A DNA stretch of 64,000 nt from positions 100,504,001 through 100,568,000 of the forward strand of contig CM052817.1 in assembly GCA_028534125.1 (NCBI GenBank), given 5' to 3'. Positions within the stretch are counted from its first letter, which is position 1, and the number at the start of each line of letters is the position of its first letter. Positions 14,080-26,345 of the stretch are shown piece by piece. The position numbers were made by a program, and so were the translations under genes. The stretch is from Lama glama (Eukaryota). Below the pieces are notes generated by a model that saw only the letters and a list, made by a program, of their open reading frames with translations, had not been told where the DNA came from and made no database searches.

Positions 14080-14375
14080 CAGTCTCCTTTCACTGGAATG
14101 GCTAAGCTGGTAAGTTATCAGTTTAGATCTTCCAGGGCCACCAGATAAAGAAAGTCTGGCTAAGAATGAAATCAACACCAAAAGACAGAGAAAGGAGCCC
14201 AAGCCTTGATGACACTGTATGATTATGAGCCCCTGGATCCAGCCACACCTGAAGCTCCTCTACTTTTAGACTCTCCAGCTAAATGAGCTAAAGAAATCTA
14301 ACCTTTGCTTTTCATTATTATTTAAACTGGTCTGAATTGGGTTTGCCGACATGTGTTCCTAAAGTCTTCAAGTCC
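14080..14375 (+). mobile_element. MLT1K/L-type LTR remnant
   Basis: GAGCCCCTGGATCCAGCCACACCTGAAGC...AAATGAGCTAAAGAAAT...GTCTGAATTGGGTTT. Confidence 0.6.
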
Positions 14376-17189
14376 TGATTTACCTTAATTCCCAACGCCA
14401 GACCAAAGGAGGGTGGAGTAGGTCTCCTCTTCCCTAGAGTTTAAATGAAAATAAGTACATAGAAAAGGACACACACACACACGTGCATGTGCAGATGTAC
14501 ATATATGTTTTTTTCCCACCTACGTTAAGTCCTGTTCAGAAACTGTCTACCTAAAAATGTCGGACAACAAACCCAAGAAAATGGAATAAATACTCTTCTT
14601 GCCCTTTTCTTTGATTGAGTTTCCTCATCCCCAGGAGAGAATTTTCAGAGCTGAAAAAAAACTGTGTAGAGGGCCTCTTCATTGCTGGATGCTTATGATA
14701 AGAAGATTGATTTTACTGGGGAAATTTTGAGTCCAAGGACTAGGAAGGCTGTCGAGAAGGCTATATATAAAACAAACACTACTCTCCAAGTGTCGCAGTG
14801 TTACTTGGCCTCCCAGGGGTTTCCAAACCAGTCTAAATGTTTACAGTGAGGCAGGTAAGTGCCACTAGGTGGACGCATTCTTGAAAGAAAACCACGTGTG
14901 TGGGAGAATCAATAAAATATGCAAACGAAGCGTCAGACTGGAGCACGTGGATGGGGGTATCTCAGCTCCCCTTGATGGGGACAGATACAGCTCTGAGAGT
15001 TTCTTCGGGGCTTTGTTTGTGGGTTGTTTGCAGAGAGTGCAAACTTGGGCAGCAATTAGCCAAGGAAGGGGAAGCATTAGCCCCCGCCCTTCCTCACTGT
15101 CCTAGGGGGCTGTAAATTACCAGAAGAACATATCAGCACCAGGCACCCCCAAAATGCACAGATCCTCCCACAAAGCTACTCCAGGGATGCACGAAGTCAG
15201 GTCTAAATGATGAAATGACGTTTTGTTCTTCCGCCGGCTCCAAAGAGCTGCTGTTTGGCTGCTACCGTGTCTTTGAAACTCACCGTAAGGAGCGTTGATG
15301 CCACTGGAAACTTAGTTGTGCCCTGTTTTAAAGACGTATCCTTTGGTGGGAGATTGCAGCTGGGTTTTCCAAGCCCAGTTTTGGTAGTCTATCACTTCAG
15401 CAAGGTCTTCCTCCTCAGGTGAGCCGACGGAGCCGAGGCCGCGGGGCTGTCTTAGCAGCCGTGTGGGGCCCGTGCACTGAGGATGCCTGCAGCCAGCTCA
15501 GCCCTGTCACTTAAACAGCTGTGATCATGGCACCTTGACAATCCTTTTTTGAGCCTTGCTTTTTCTTCTGTGTAAAATATACTAATACGTATTTCATAGC
15601 TTTGTGGTCGAGATTAAAAGTAGGTAATAGATTCATGATCCCTTTGTAAACAGAAAAGCACCAAAGACACAAGAGATGTTATTTTGTGGACCCCTAAGGT
15701 TGTGTTTCAGAAACCACATATTAAATATTCACACACAAACACACCAAAAATCCAGCTATATGTGGGGAGAATGTGATTTTCTATTATGCAATAAGTTTAT
15801 TAAAAATATAGCAGGTAAACTTTTACACCCTAGGGCTTATCCATGGAAAAGAATCAGAAGGGACCCAGTTCTGAAGTAGATAAGGATGCAAAAGTTTTGA
15901 ATCCCTCAAAATGCTGAAAAGGACCAGAGGAAGTTTTGGAACTTGCCCTTGTGTTCCTTGTGGTTGGATGGCTGTAGACTAGTTGTGAGCACACAGGTTT
16001 TGGAACCAGAACAGCCAATGTTTGAATCCTTGCCGATTTGGTCTTCTGCATATTTCTTTCCTCCGAGCGGTTTCCTCATCTGTAACACTGGAATTCAAAC
16101 ACATACCAGGGAGCGTTAGTGTGAGGGTTCAACGAGAGGATGCAGGGAAAGCTGTTAGCCAAAAATAGCTATCTTTGGAGGAAACTTAAGCTTTCAGACG
16201 AGTTAAAGAAAAGTCATTTTTTTCAAGGCAACGGAGAAAACAGACACATAAAAACTATCTGAGGTTTTGTCAGCAGATTCGGCTCTCTCTGTCTTTTCTG
16301 CTTTCCAGCCACTGATGATTTTCTCTCTCCTCTCTCCTTATTGTCATCTCAACTGCGTGTTGCTCTGATTTCCTATAAACCCTGTGGAAATGAAACACTT
16401 AATGACATGTCCAACTTTTAGAAGGATTTCAGTAAGGGCAGCTCTGCTGTGGGTGCTGCTCCGCATTAATCCGCTGGATGAAGAATCTATCCCCCGCATC
16501 CAGACTGTTGGAGGAGAGGTTCAAACAGAGGGGCAGGCGAGCAGAACTGGACGGGTTCCCAGATCCAATCGCTTCAAATCCTTCCAGTTCTGCTTCATCA
16601 TGTTGTTTGAAATAAATTCCCAGAACATAAGATTCTGCCACATGAAAATAAAAAAGCCCCAAAGCCCCATATAAACGTTATTTGGCTGATCAGCTTCTTG
16701 AAGACAGTCAAAGCTGTTTTCTTCGCCATCAGGGAGAAAAGAATCGAGATGATGCTGGTAAAATGGGGAATAGCTTAGAAACACCAGAAACAGTATGTTT
16801 AGCATTCGATCATACCTCGTCTTAGGATGACCAGATACCACCACCTGCTTTCTTTCTCAGTCCAAGCATGAGTTACAAATCACATTTATATAGTAAAATG
16901 ACAGATCTCCCCACAGGTTTGACAGAGGAATGAGGACTGTGTCTTATTCCACACTACATGCATAGCCCAGCACAGTTGCTGGAACAGATAAAAATCTATA
17001 TAAGTGGATAAACATAAGATTTCTCCAAAGAACAGTTTTGCCTTCAACAAAGTAACTAACTAGTTAGAAAGAGTTGTAGAGGGGTAAGCACTTCCATAAC
17101 ATGCATTGAAAGCCTTACAGCTGTGCTAAGTGCTAGGGATTCGAAAACAAGCATGGCAGGGTTCCTGTTTCACGAGGCTCAGTCCGGCA

Positions 17190-17620
17190 GGAATAAGGTC
17201 CAGGTTCTCGGTTGCAGACAATATGATCCACTGTAGCTAGTTTAAGCCGAAAGGGATTAATTGAGGTTTATAAATATCTCACAAAATCATGGGAAGAAAC
17301 AAGCTTCAGGCTGGGCTTCCAAGACTCCACCAGGATAGCTTGCCAAAAGACAAGCTGTCGTTGCTACAGACAGGAACCTCTGAGTTAGGAAGCCATCGCC
17401 ACCATGGCTGGCTGGCGCCGGAACCACACCACATCTGCCATTATCCGAGCCAGCAGAATGAATGCCCTACTTCTTGCTTCTTTTCCCGTGAAAGTTAGAT
17501 CTGACTCAAGTTCTGCAGGAGCGTATCTGACTGGCAAACTATAAATCAATATCTGACTCGAGGGCAAGAGGCTGGGAAATGGAAGGCTTTCTTCGAAGGG
17601 AATCTGAGATTTGTACCACG
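17190..17620 (-). mobile_element. Old MLT1-type LTR remnant
   Basis: GGTTCTCGGTTGCAGACAA...CTAGTTTAAGCCGAAAGGGATTAATTGAGG. Confidence 0.5.
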
Positions 17621-20600
17621 GGGAGCCATCAGAATATGGAGAAGCTGTTCCAAAGATCCGAGGTTGCTGTGAATGACAATAGTTCACTACAATAATTAAA
17701 TAAACCACTCCGGTAGCAGGTGCGAACCATGTGGCTGATGTGTACCCAGAATGCTTTGGGACTACAGAGACGTTTAAATAACCATGCATGACAGGGGCAG
17801 CATGGAAGTTAATCTGCTGAATTGGGCCTCGACTGAGGAGGACTCAGCCAAGCAAAGAAGTGCAGGGAAAAAGCCTTCCAGTGACATTCAACATCCCAAA
17901 AACTATGCCGGTAAATGTGAACCAACTGGCCTCGTGCTCTGGGTGAGGAGCAGCTGTGACTGGCGGGCCCGTGCCTGGACCAGATGGACCCCGGTCCAGG
18001 GCAGCAGGAGGAAATCTCCAAGCATCTCTAGGAGGCCAAGTGTTCCTGACGTGGACAGGACATCACGGCGCTGTGCTGAGGGAGATGCCAGAGATGGCCT
18101 TGCTGTCTTCTCCCCTCCCCTAGCTGTGGAGTGGCACTGGCCTGAGGACAGCTAATCCACATGCTGGCCAGTGACCTCCGAGTCGGCACGGAGCCGCACT
18201 GGGCCTGGGCAGAGACAATAGTGATCAGCTGCTGAAATCTGATTCTCTCTTTCCAAGGACTCAACTGGGGGGAAAGTGAGATAATTTGTCAGTGGATTCA
18301 CAGAACCAAAAGCAGAAAAGACTCACCTGCACATCAGACAGCAGAGACCACGGGGCCCAGAGAGAACCCAAGTTAGGCAGAAAGAGAAGACATGAAATCA
18401 ACAAGGTATAGGACGAATGACCTGGCCAGGGGGTGGGGGACTTCATCGGGAAGGCGGGAACAAAGCCCCGGCAGAGGGGGCTGAGTCAGTGAGGACAGAG
18501 AATCAAGAAACTCCTGCTAAGGAGGCATTGAGAGGACCCAGTCTCAAGAGCTGTGCTGGATCCTTCCATGTCCTATTCTCTGTCCCAAGCTCTGCAAGGC
18601 CTGGCCTGTGCTCCTGGGAGGTCCTGTCTTTTTAATTCCCCCCTGCAGCCTTCCCCGGCCACCCTGGGAGGTAGCTTTCCAGCATCTCTGTTCCTTGCAT
18701 CAACTCACACAGAGGAAGCTAAAAGGCCTGGAACCTGGCCCGACCAACACGAAGGGTGAAAATATTTTTCTTAAAACGAAAAAGGGAACCAGAGTTAAAG
18801 TGACAACAGCTTAAATTTAGATTGAACTGTATTGAACTTGTACCTATATGTTTGTTATTTACCCAAACGCCGTGTCATGTTTATTGACTTGAGTTGCTAA
18901 GAAAATGTTGCTCAGAGTAAAACAATGTGTGCTCTGATCACACCCTCCCACTCCAATATCCTTTGACCCCCTGGCTTCGTTCCTGGAGATGAAGTTCAAG
19001 TGTATAAGGGAGCTGAGGTCACCGGTAAAGCAGGGAGCAGATGTGCATGTTTTATTTTAAAATTGTAAAGGAAACAGCCTTGATATTCACAATGATACTG
19101 TCCATCTTTCTTACACATATCTGGTGCTTTTAAAAGCACATTGATAATGTTTAAAAATCAAAGCTCTTTCAAATAAAAGTGTTTGCTTCTGGGTGAGGTT
19201 AGATTGGAGAAAGAAGGGCTCTGGGTTACTGCCCTTCCTTCTCCAGTCTAAACAGAGCAGCCGTCTCCCATTACATGCGATTTTTCCTTGGCAGGGGGTG
19301 TTCATTGACCCTCTGCCATCACTAAGCTCAGCCCGTCCATCCACCTGGCTTCCACTGGTCCTGAGAAGGGAGGGGTGCATGGGGCCCAGTGGGAAGCTGA
19401 GAAGTGCAGTGGGCGAGCAGGAGAGGAGAGCACCCCTCTCCCAGGAGGAGCCAGAGCCCTGGGAGGGCAGAGTGAGCAGTGACCCAGCAGGAGTTAGAGA
19501 GGATGTGGAAGTACACCCGGACCTGGGGCAGGGTCATTTTTGCATTCATTCATTCCTTCATTCCTTCCTTCAGCAAGAACTAAAAGGCATTGTCTCTGTT
19601 CTGAGTTGTTGAAAGCCAGGGAGTCTGCCCATCAGGCTGATTCTACATGAGGTGACACAGAGGAGGTGTCTGGCCTCATGAAATAGACGGGGAATTGTGT
19701 GATGGGGTGACTCCCAAGCGGGCCAGCTGGGTTCCTGGGTGGGCTCCAGCACCATCCCACAGGAGCAGGTCAGAGAGAGGTGACCGGCAAACAACATCAA
19801 CAAACAGGTACCAGGGACCCCAGGCAGCATGTCGGTTAGGACATCTGCTTTTATCATTAGAATTATTAGCTAAAAGCTATCTTTTATCGAGCGCTTACTA
19901 GGTATTGGACACTGTGCCAAGCACTCCCTGTCCTCTTCTCGTTTAATCCTCACAACCACCCCAGGAGGGAGGTAAAGCTGCAAGTCAGTGGCCCACAGCC
20001 TGCAGATGCTCAGGTGGGACCCACCCAGGTCAGGGAGGCGCTTGTGGACCGCCTAGGTCCAGGGGCGTCTAGAAGCATAGCTGTTCTGGTCGCCACCTGC
20101 TCTGGTGGGAGGAACTACGATTTAAATGCATGGTTCTCACAGAGCCTGGGATCCAGGGCAGCTGAGATCGGGCTGGACCAGAAGGATGGAACCATCCAGC
20201 ATCTGCTCGTTGAGCACTGAACCGGCTCTCTGAGGTCGTGCCTCCCGACAAGTCTGCGTGAGACGTTGTGGATGTTCTGGCGCTGAACTAAGTTCAGCAG
20301 ATCGGGGGAGACAAAACAGGGGAGTGAGGCAGAGCCTACAAGAAGGAAGATTGTTCTAGATTTGTGGGGCTCAGGGGCTGTCTTTCAATAGTTACTTTCC
20401 TGAAATGAAAGGTAAAAGTGTCCAAGAAGCCTGGGGAAATAGGGACACACAAGGTCAAGCGGCAGAAAATTAAAGGACTCGCTGTTAATCAGTCACACAA
20501 AGGAGCCACCCGCACCGGTAGCAGAGAAAAGTACCAATAAAACAAAAAAGCACAGGGATGAGCGTTGGAGACAAGGGACGTGAACCTTGAAGAGGGATTT

Positions 20601-21392
20601 GCACGGATGCAGTTGGGAGGTTTCACCGTTAGCGATGCCCCTCTTCACTGAGGCTCTGTTCTTTTCTCCTAACGTGCTGGTCCGGAGGGGTATTTTATTG
20701 AATACCCGCTGTGAAGAAATAGGCTCATTTAAATACAATTTAACATTAAGCTGATAATCAGTCTTTAAACTGGAAACTAGGGGGCCAATTTGTCTTGGTC
20801 GGTCACGTCACCATTTAGATGCTGATTTATTTTTGTTCTTTTTCTTTCTCCCTCCCTGAGAGTCCTCCCCAACCTTCTTTGCTGTGATTTCTTATTCGCT
20901 GCTCCAGTATTCAAGGCACTGCTCACGGGGGCTGTCCATTCCATGCAGGCTCCACGGGGCGGGTAGCAAGGGTGACTCCCAACCAGATCTCCTTTCCTGG
21001 TGCCCCAGGGGCTTGGAACAGGAATTGGACAGAATGTCGTGGGAGTTGAGTCAAGGGAATGGGTCTTCCTGCTGGGAAGGTTCAGGGATGGCCTCCTGGA
21101 AGGGGAGCTGGTCCCGAAAGGGGGCATTTTTAAGTCGTGACAGGGAACTCCAGGACAAGAGAAGAAAATGTCAGGGCAGGAGGAGAGGGATGGGAGAAGA
21201 ATGGGGAACTGGGAGAGAGGGAGGCGGGACCAAGAGTCCAGGGAAGGACGCATTTTGCAAGATAAACCTATTAAAGCTGCCACTTGCTCTGGCCTTTGTA
21301 CCCTGTGCACTTGGGTCTCTGGGGACGGGAGGGGTCAGCAGAGTTCCTCTCCCAAGTCTTCCCCAGATGGAGTGCCATTAGAAAGCTTTTTG

Positions 21393-21614
21393 TGATGAAC
21401 AGATACACACTACTATACATAAAATAGATAACCAACAAGGACCTACTGTACAGCACAGGGAACTAGATGCAACACCTTGTAATAGCCTGTAATGAAAAAA
21501 AATATGAAAAGAAAGTATATATATGTATATGAATAAGTGAATCACTTTGCTATATACACCTGAAACTAGCATTATAAATCAACTACACTTCAATAAAAAA
21601 TAAAATTAAAAAAA
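21393..21614 (+). mobile_element. 5'-truncated L1 3' end (artiodactyl-type)
   Basis: L1 3'UTR motifs (CAAGGACCTACTGTACAGCACAGGGAACT; AATCAACTACACTTCAATAAAA), A tail, TSD AGAA(A/T)GCTTTTTG at 21380-21392 and 21615-21627. Confidence 0.88.
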
Positions 21615-21672
21615 AGAATGCTTTTTGCTTTCAGTCACTCTTAGTCACATCCACCTGTGTGTGTATTTTCTG

Positions 21673-21830
21673 AGCAATGGTTCTCAGTCCTTAACAGACA
21701 CCAGAGTCGCAGACTGCTGACCACCCAGCACGCTCTGATTTTCAGACTCAGAAGGTCTGAGGGGCCAGGATTTGTCTGTCTGGCAATTTGATGCTGCTAG
21801 TCTGGGACCACACTTTGAGAAACACAGCTC
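21673..21830. mobile_element. MER5A-like hAT-Charlie MITE
   Basis: Termini GCAATGGTTCTCA ... GGGACCACACTTTGAGAAACACAG. Confidence 0.65.
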
Positions 21831-23669
21831 TGAAGTCTTCTTAAAGAGGTCACTAAAGCATCTGAGTAAAAACTACGTTTGTTTTGTCAGGATAACAGCT
21901 TTATTGTTCTTTTTAAAGAAATCTCATCAAATGAGATGAGCCAACTGAAGTTCCAGGACTCCGCCTCCCCCAAATTCCCAGGCTTCAGATGACTGAGTTG
22001 GACCCAGAGCTCATCTACTAAGTAGAGAATACCTTTGGGCAGGAGTCTGTGAGCCACCCGGGGCAGGAGGTGGGGTGCCCTGAGACAGAGCGGTTCTCAC
22101 GGCCACTCTAGCTGGGATGAGGCCCTCCATCCTCAGGGCATCACTAGTAAACTTGCACTTAAATACCTCTCGCACCCAGGAGGCTAGGGGTCTCCAAAGA
22201 AGTTACCAGAACCAGTCCTGGGTCTGGACTACAAGGCTGCGCCTGGTGCAGACCCCCTGAGCCTGTCCGGAAACCGCCCTGCTCGCTGCTGGCGGAGGGG
22301 AGACCACCTGGCTCTCTGCTCCTGTGAGCATCTCATTCTCCCAGGGAGGGCTCGGCCTCTGGACTCTCCAGCTTGGGTCTTATTTTCCACTTATTAAAGA
22401 AAGATAAAAAATCTTTCACAAAAACCTCCCAGAAGCTTAAGAAGCAGGGGCCATCAGACAGGTCGTATTTGTACAAAAGAAATGTCTATGTTAAGGTGAT
22501 CATTTCCTTCCGGTTTATCACAGAGAATTTCTAAAGCAATCGTGTTCTCTCTTTCTCCAATAAGCTCATGAATCTGCTGCACACATTTTATTTGGAGCAA
22601 ATGGGTAAAGGACGGGGAAGGGAAGAGGGAGGGCTTGGGAAGAAGTTTTCTTTAGAAATCGCATTTGAGAAGATTGTGTATGTATGTAGCCAAAGCAAGC
22701 CACCAAGCATGCGGAATATCATGTTAATTGTTGCCATTTCTGGTGGTGGAATTAGGTGTGGTCTTTATTTATTCCTTGCTCTTGTGTGTATTTTGCAGTT
22801 AAAAAAAAAGCATGTTTTTAAAACCAATCTTAGGTCCCAATACCTGTGGGGTGCAGTGTGTGTACAGCAGCCCAAACCCACAGGCAAATGGTGACAAGAG
22901 AGAAAAATTCAAATAGGGAAGAAGGGCTGCCATCCAGGGAAGTCTGAGGAAATGGGTGTCGGCTGGTTCGAAGAAAGTTAAAAATGCATACAATTTTATT
23001 TCTGAAATCAGAACTGATCTTTAAGCCAGGAGAAAGAAGAGGCAGGTGCGGAGCGTTCAGTTAACGGAGGGCAGGGGTGCAGTGGGAGAGAGACACCTTC
23101 TGTACCCCGGGGTCGCCCTGTGTCCTCATCCCGGGGCCACAGGGCCCTCACCTTCCTCCAGGGACATGGGGTGAGGAGCCTGGCGACTGGATTCCCACGA
23201 CTGCTGAAGCAAGCCCTGGCTGCCTCCTCTCCGGAAGGGATTGAGTTTCTTTTCCTCTTCTTTCTCTCCTCCTCTCCTGTCCTCTCCACAGCTCCCTGTA
23301 AAGAGGAATTATCCCCAATGCTGTGAAGTCTCCCCTTCCTCCGGGTCCTGCCCTTCTCTCTTTGGCTCTTCCCTTGCACGTCCCATCCCTGTCTCTAGAC
23401 CCCTGAGAGACGACACTGCTACGTGACTCACCTCTTCAGCCCACAGGTGCCTCTCACACACTGTGGGCTTCACAGTTGGGCTCACCTTCCCCCGGGTATT
23501 TGTTGTCAGCATTCTTTGTGACCTTTCCTAATTCTTGGACTAGAGATCACCTATACAAGTCAATGATGGCCATCAAAACTGACAGCTCATTAGAACAGTG
23601 GGAGCTTATCTCCAATCTATCAATTGACAAAGATTTTTAAAGGACACATGTGGAGTCTTGGGCATCCAT

Positions 23670-24020
23670 CCTCTCATGTACAGGTATGGGGCGTGTAAAT
23701 TAATGAAATGTTCCAGGAGAGCAATTGGCAAAGTTATAAAAAGTTTTCAGACCACAGCGTACCACTTGACCTAGCAATTCCACTTCCGGTAATTAACTTA
23801 AGAAAATAAATCAGAGATGGACATGAACAATTATGCTCAGGATGTTTGTTCATTATAGCATTATTTATATTATTTTTAAAGGAATGACAATAGAGGATTG
23901 ATTAAGTAAATGGGTAATAAATGTATATAACGGAATACTGTGCAGTGATTATAAATTGTGTTACAGACGTCTGTTTGGTTACATAGGAAATCGTTCGTGG
24001 TAAATTGTCAAATAAATTAC
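23670..24020 (+). mobile_element. Ancient L1 (L1ME-like) fragment
   Basis: TACCACTTGACCTAGCAATTCCACTT motif and degenerate ORF2 3' end. Confidence 0.6.
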
Positions 24021-24184
24021 TGAGTACAGCCAGCCTGCTGGGACCACAGCCCTCTCCTGAGCAAGTCGTCATCAACAGCCACTTGCATTCATAACACGTG
24101 ACACCTCCTCCTGCCCTGGTCCAGAGGTCTGTGGTCTAGAAAACTAAGACAAAAATCACCTTTCCCCTGCTGGCCTTTTTAAAA

Positions 24185-24715
24185 AACTGTTGGTGAAAGA
24201 GAACCCAAACCATACAAGTCTAGGAACAAAAGGTATTTAATTGGCTAATAACCCAAGTCAGGGCTGGATTCAGCTGAGAAAACATCAGTAGTTCAATGAT
24301 GTCACCTGGTTTCTTTCTAGGGCCGTATTTATCTCTCTTCCCAGTCTCCCACATGAATTGCCTCTGAGTTGGTCACTGACAGGGTAATTGATGTGTTGCA
24401 GTCTCTGCTGGGAGGCGGCTGGAGTTGCCCCTTCATTTCATTACCCCTTAGACTGAGCAGGACACAGAGGCTTTCTTCTCTACCCTCCAGGGATCTGATG
24501 GCATAGTTTTATCTTCACTTTATGGCTGCAGAAATTTCATCTTTACCTCCTATCTTTCAGAGGAGGAGAGAGAAAACCTTTGGTAGCTTCTGTGCAAGTT
24601 CTGGGATCAAGGCCTTCATTTGCCCAAGTTCTATCACATGACCATCCCTGACCCAATCACTGAATTAAAGGGGATGGGATGGGATGCCCCAGTTGGCTAG
24701 AGCCAGGTCACCAGA
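24185..24715 (-). mobile_element. MLT1K/L-type LTR remnant
   Basis: TCACATGACCATCCCTGACCCAATCACTG...GGGATGG...TTGGCTAGAGCCAGGTCAC. Confidence 0.5.
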
Positions 24716-24841
24716 GGTAAAAGGAAGAATCCACACTGAAATGGAGTCCACCAAACACAAATTACATAAAGAAAAATAATCAAATAAACATGGAAAATGT
24801 TAAATAAAGTTAACCTGACTTCTTTTCAGCCTTTAATACTC

Positions 24842-24931
24842 CTTTTTTCTTTTAATAGAGGTACTGGGGATTGAACCCAGGACCTTGTGCATGCAAAGCA
24901 TATGCTCTACCATTGAGCTGTACCCTCCCCC
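24842..24931 (-). mobile_element. tRNA-Ala-derived short SINE (camelid vic-1-like)
   Basis: Minus strand GGGGGAGGGTACAGCTCAATGGTAGAG...TTTGCATG...GGGTTCAATCCCCAGTACCTC plus A-rich tail; A and B boxes; TSD GCCTTTAATA(C/T)TC at 24829-24841 and 24936-24948. Confidence 0.85.
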
Positions 24932-25059
24932 ACTGGCCTTTAATATTCTAATGCACACCATAAACCAAGAAAGAGGTGGAAAGAGGGAGGATAGTGTTTC
25001 ACACACAGCACATCTGGAAAATGGTAGAGTAAATCTAAGGCAGATCAGTAGCCTATCAG

Positions 25060-25192
25060 TAGAGTGACCATACATCCCAGTCTGCCCAGCACAGTCTTGG
25101 TTTGTACATGTGGCTCCAGCTCAATTATGATCAGCCCTCGTGTTCACTCTCAAGAGGGTCCCAACCTGAATGACAAATTATATGGTCCCCTC
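25060..25192. mobile_element. hAT-Blackjack-type MITE (MER81/MER94-like)
   Basis: Imperfect TIRs TAGAGTGACCATA ... TATGGTCCCCT. Confidence 0.6.
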
Positions 25193-25886
25193 CAGTGACC
25201 TAGATTGAGGATTCCATGTTTCTCCATGTTGAACTGTGAAACACCAACTAGATCCTCTCTTGGAGGGTTGTGAATCTGAGACTTAGAAAAAGAGAGACAT
25301 TAAGAAGAAATCAAAACAGAAGCAGAAGCAGTAGTGGTGCAGACAGAGGGGGGCTGAATCCTGAGTCTGGTGGGTCACCCGAGTAGCAGCAGCATGGATA
25401 TGCTTTCCTAAGATTGACAGGAGCTGGAGGGTATGCATGCTGGTGAAGGGGACCCAACACTTCACATACCCTGGCTCCCCTAACAGCTGGGCTGCTGGGC
25501 TGCCCTCCCCGGTGGCTTACTACCCCGGATGCTTACACAGCCCTCATCTTCAGAGCTCACCTGAGCACCTCTGCACAGCCCTTTATCAGCATGGGTCTCA
25601 ATTCTGGCTGCACATCAGAATCACCCATGGAGCTTTTAGGAGGTACAGACGGTCTCAACACCTCTACCCACTGACCCAGGTTTTTCATTTACAAGAAAAA
25701 ATTCTTCAAAAATATTTTGAAATCAGGCTTCAAAAATCTGATTTGCTCTAGATGATGAGATAACAGCATGTTTTAATATATTCTCTTTCATTGTTTGTCA
25801 TGTTTTCCAAAACTTTTGCAGTAAACAGGTATTTCTTTTATAACGAGAAAGTAATAGTTATTTAAAAAAAAACAAGGAAGTAAGAA

Positions 25887-26331
25887 TGAAATCATGCCAT
25901 CTGTAGCAACATGGATAGACCTAGAGATTAGCATACTAAGTACGTCAGACAGAGGAAGACAAAAGTCATATGGTGTCACTTACATGTGGAATTTAAAAAG
26001 TAATACAAATGACCTTAGTTACAAAACAAATAAACTCACAGACATAGGAAAAAAATTTATGGTTACCAAAGGGGAAATGGGGGAAGGGATAAATGAGCAG
26101 TTTGGGATTAACAGATACATACTACTACATAGAAAATAAACAACAAGAACCTACTATATGGCCCAGGGAACTATACTCAGTATCTTGTAATAACCTATAA
26201 TGAGAAAGAATCTGAGAAAGAATATATGTGTGTGTGTGTGTGTGTGTACATATATATAAACTGAATCACTATGCTGTACACCTGAAATTCACACATTATA
26301 AATCAACTATACTTCAATATTTTAAAAAACC
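25887..26331 (+). mobile_element. 5'-truncated L1 3' end (artiodactyl-type) with internal (TG)n
   Basis: ORF2 C-terminal remnant (ATWIDLEISILS) plus L1 3'UTR; perfect 14-bp TSD CAAGGAAGTAAGAA at 25873-25886 and 26332-26345. Confidence 0.9.
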
Positions 26332-26345
26332 CAAGGAAGTAAGAA

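Noticed and set aside
24842..24931. Genuine tRNA-Ala genes here and at 55951-56050
   Set aside because: A-rich tails, TSDs and broken stems indicate SINE copies
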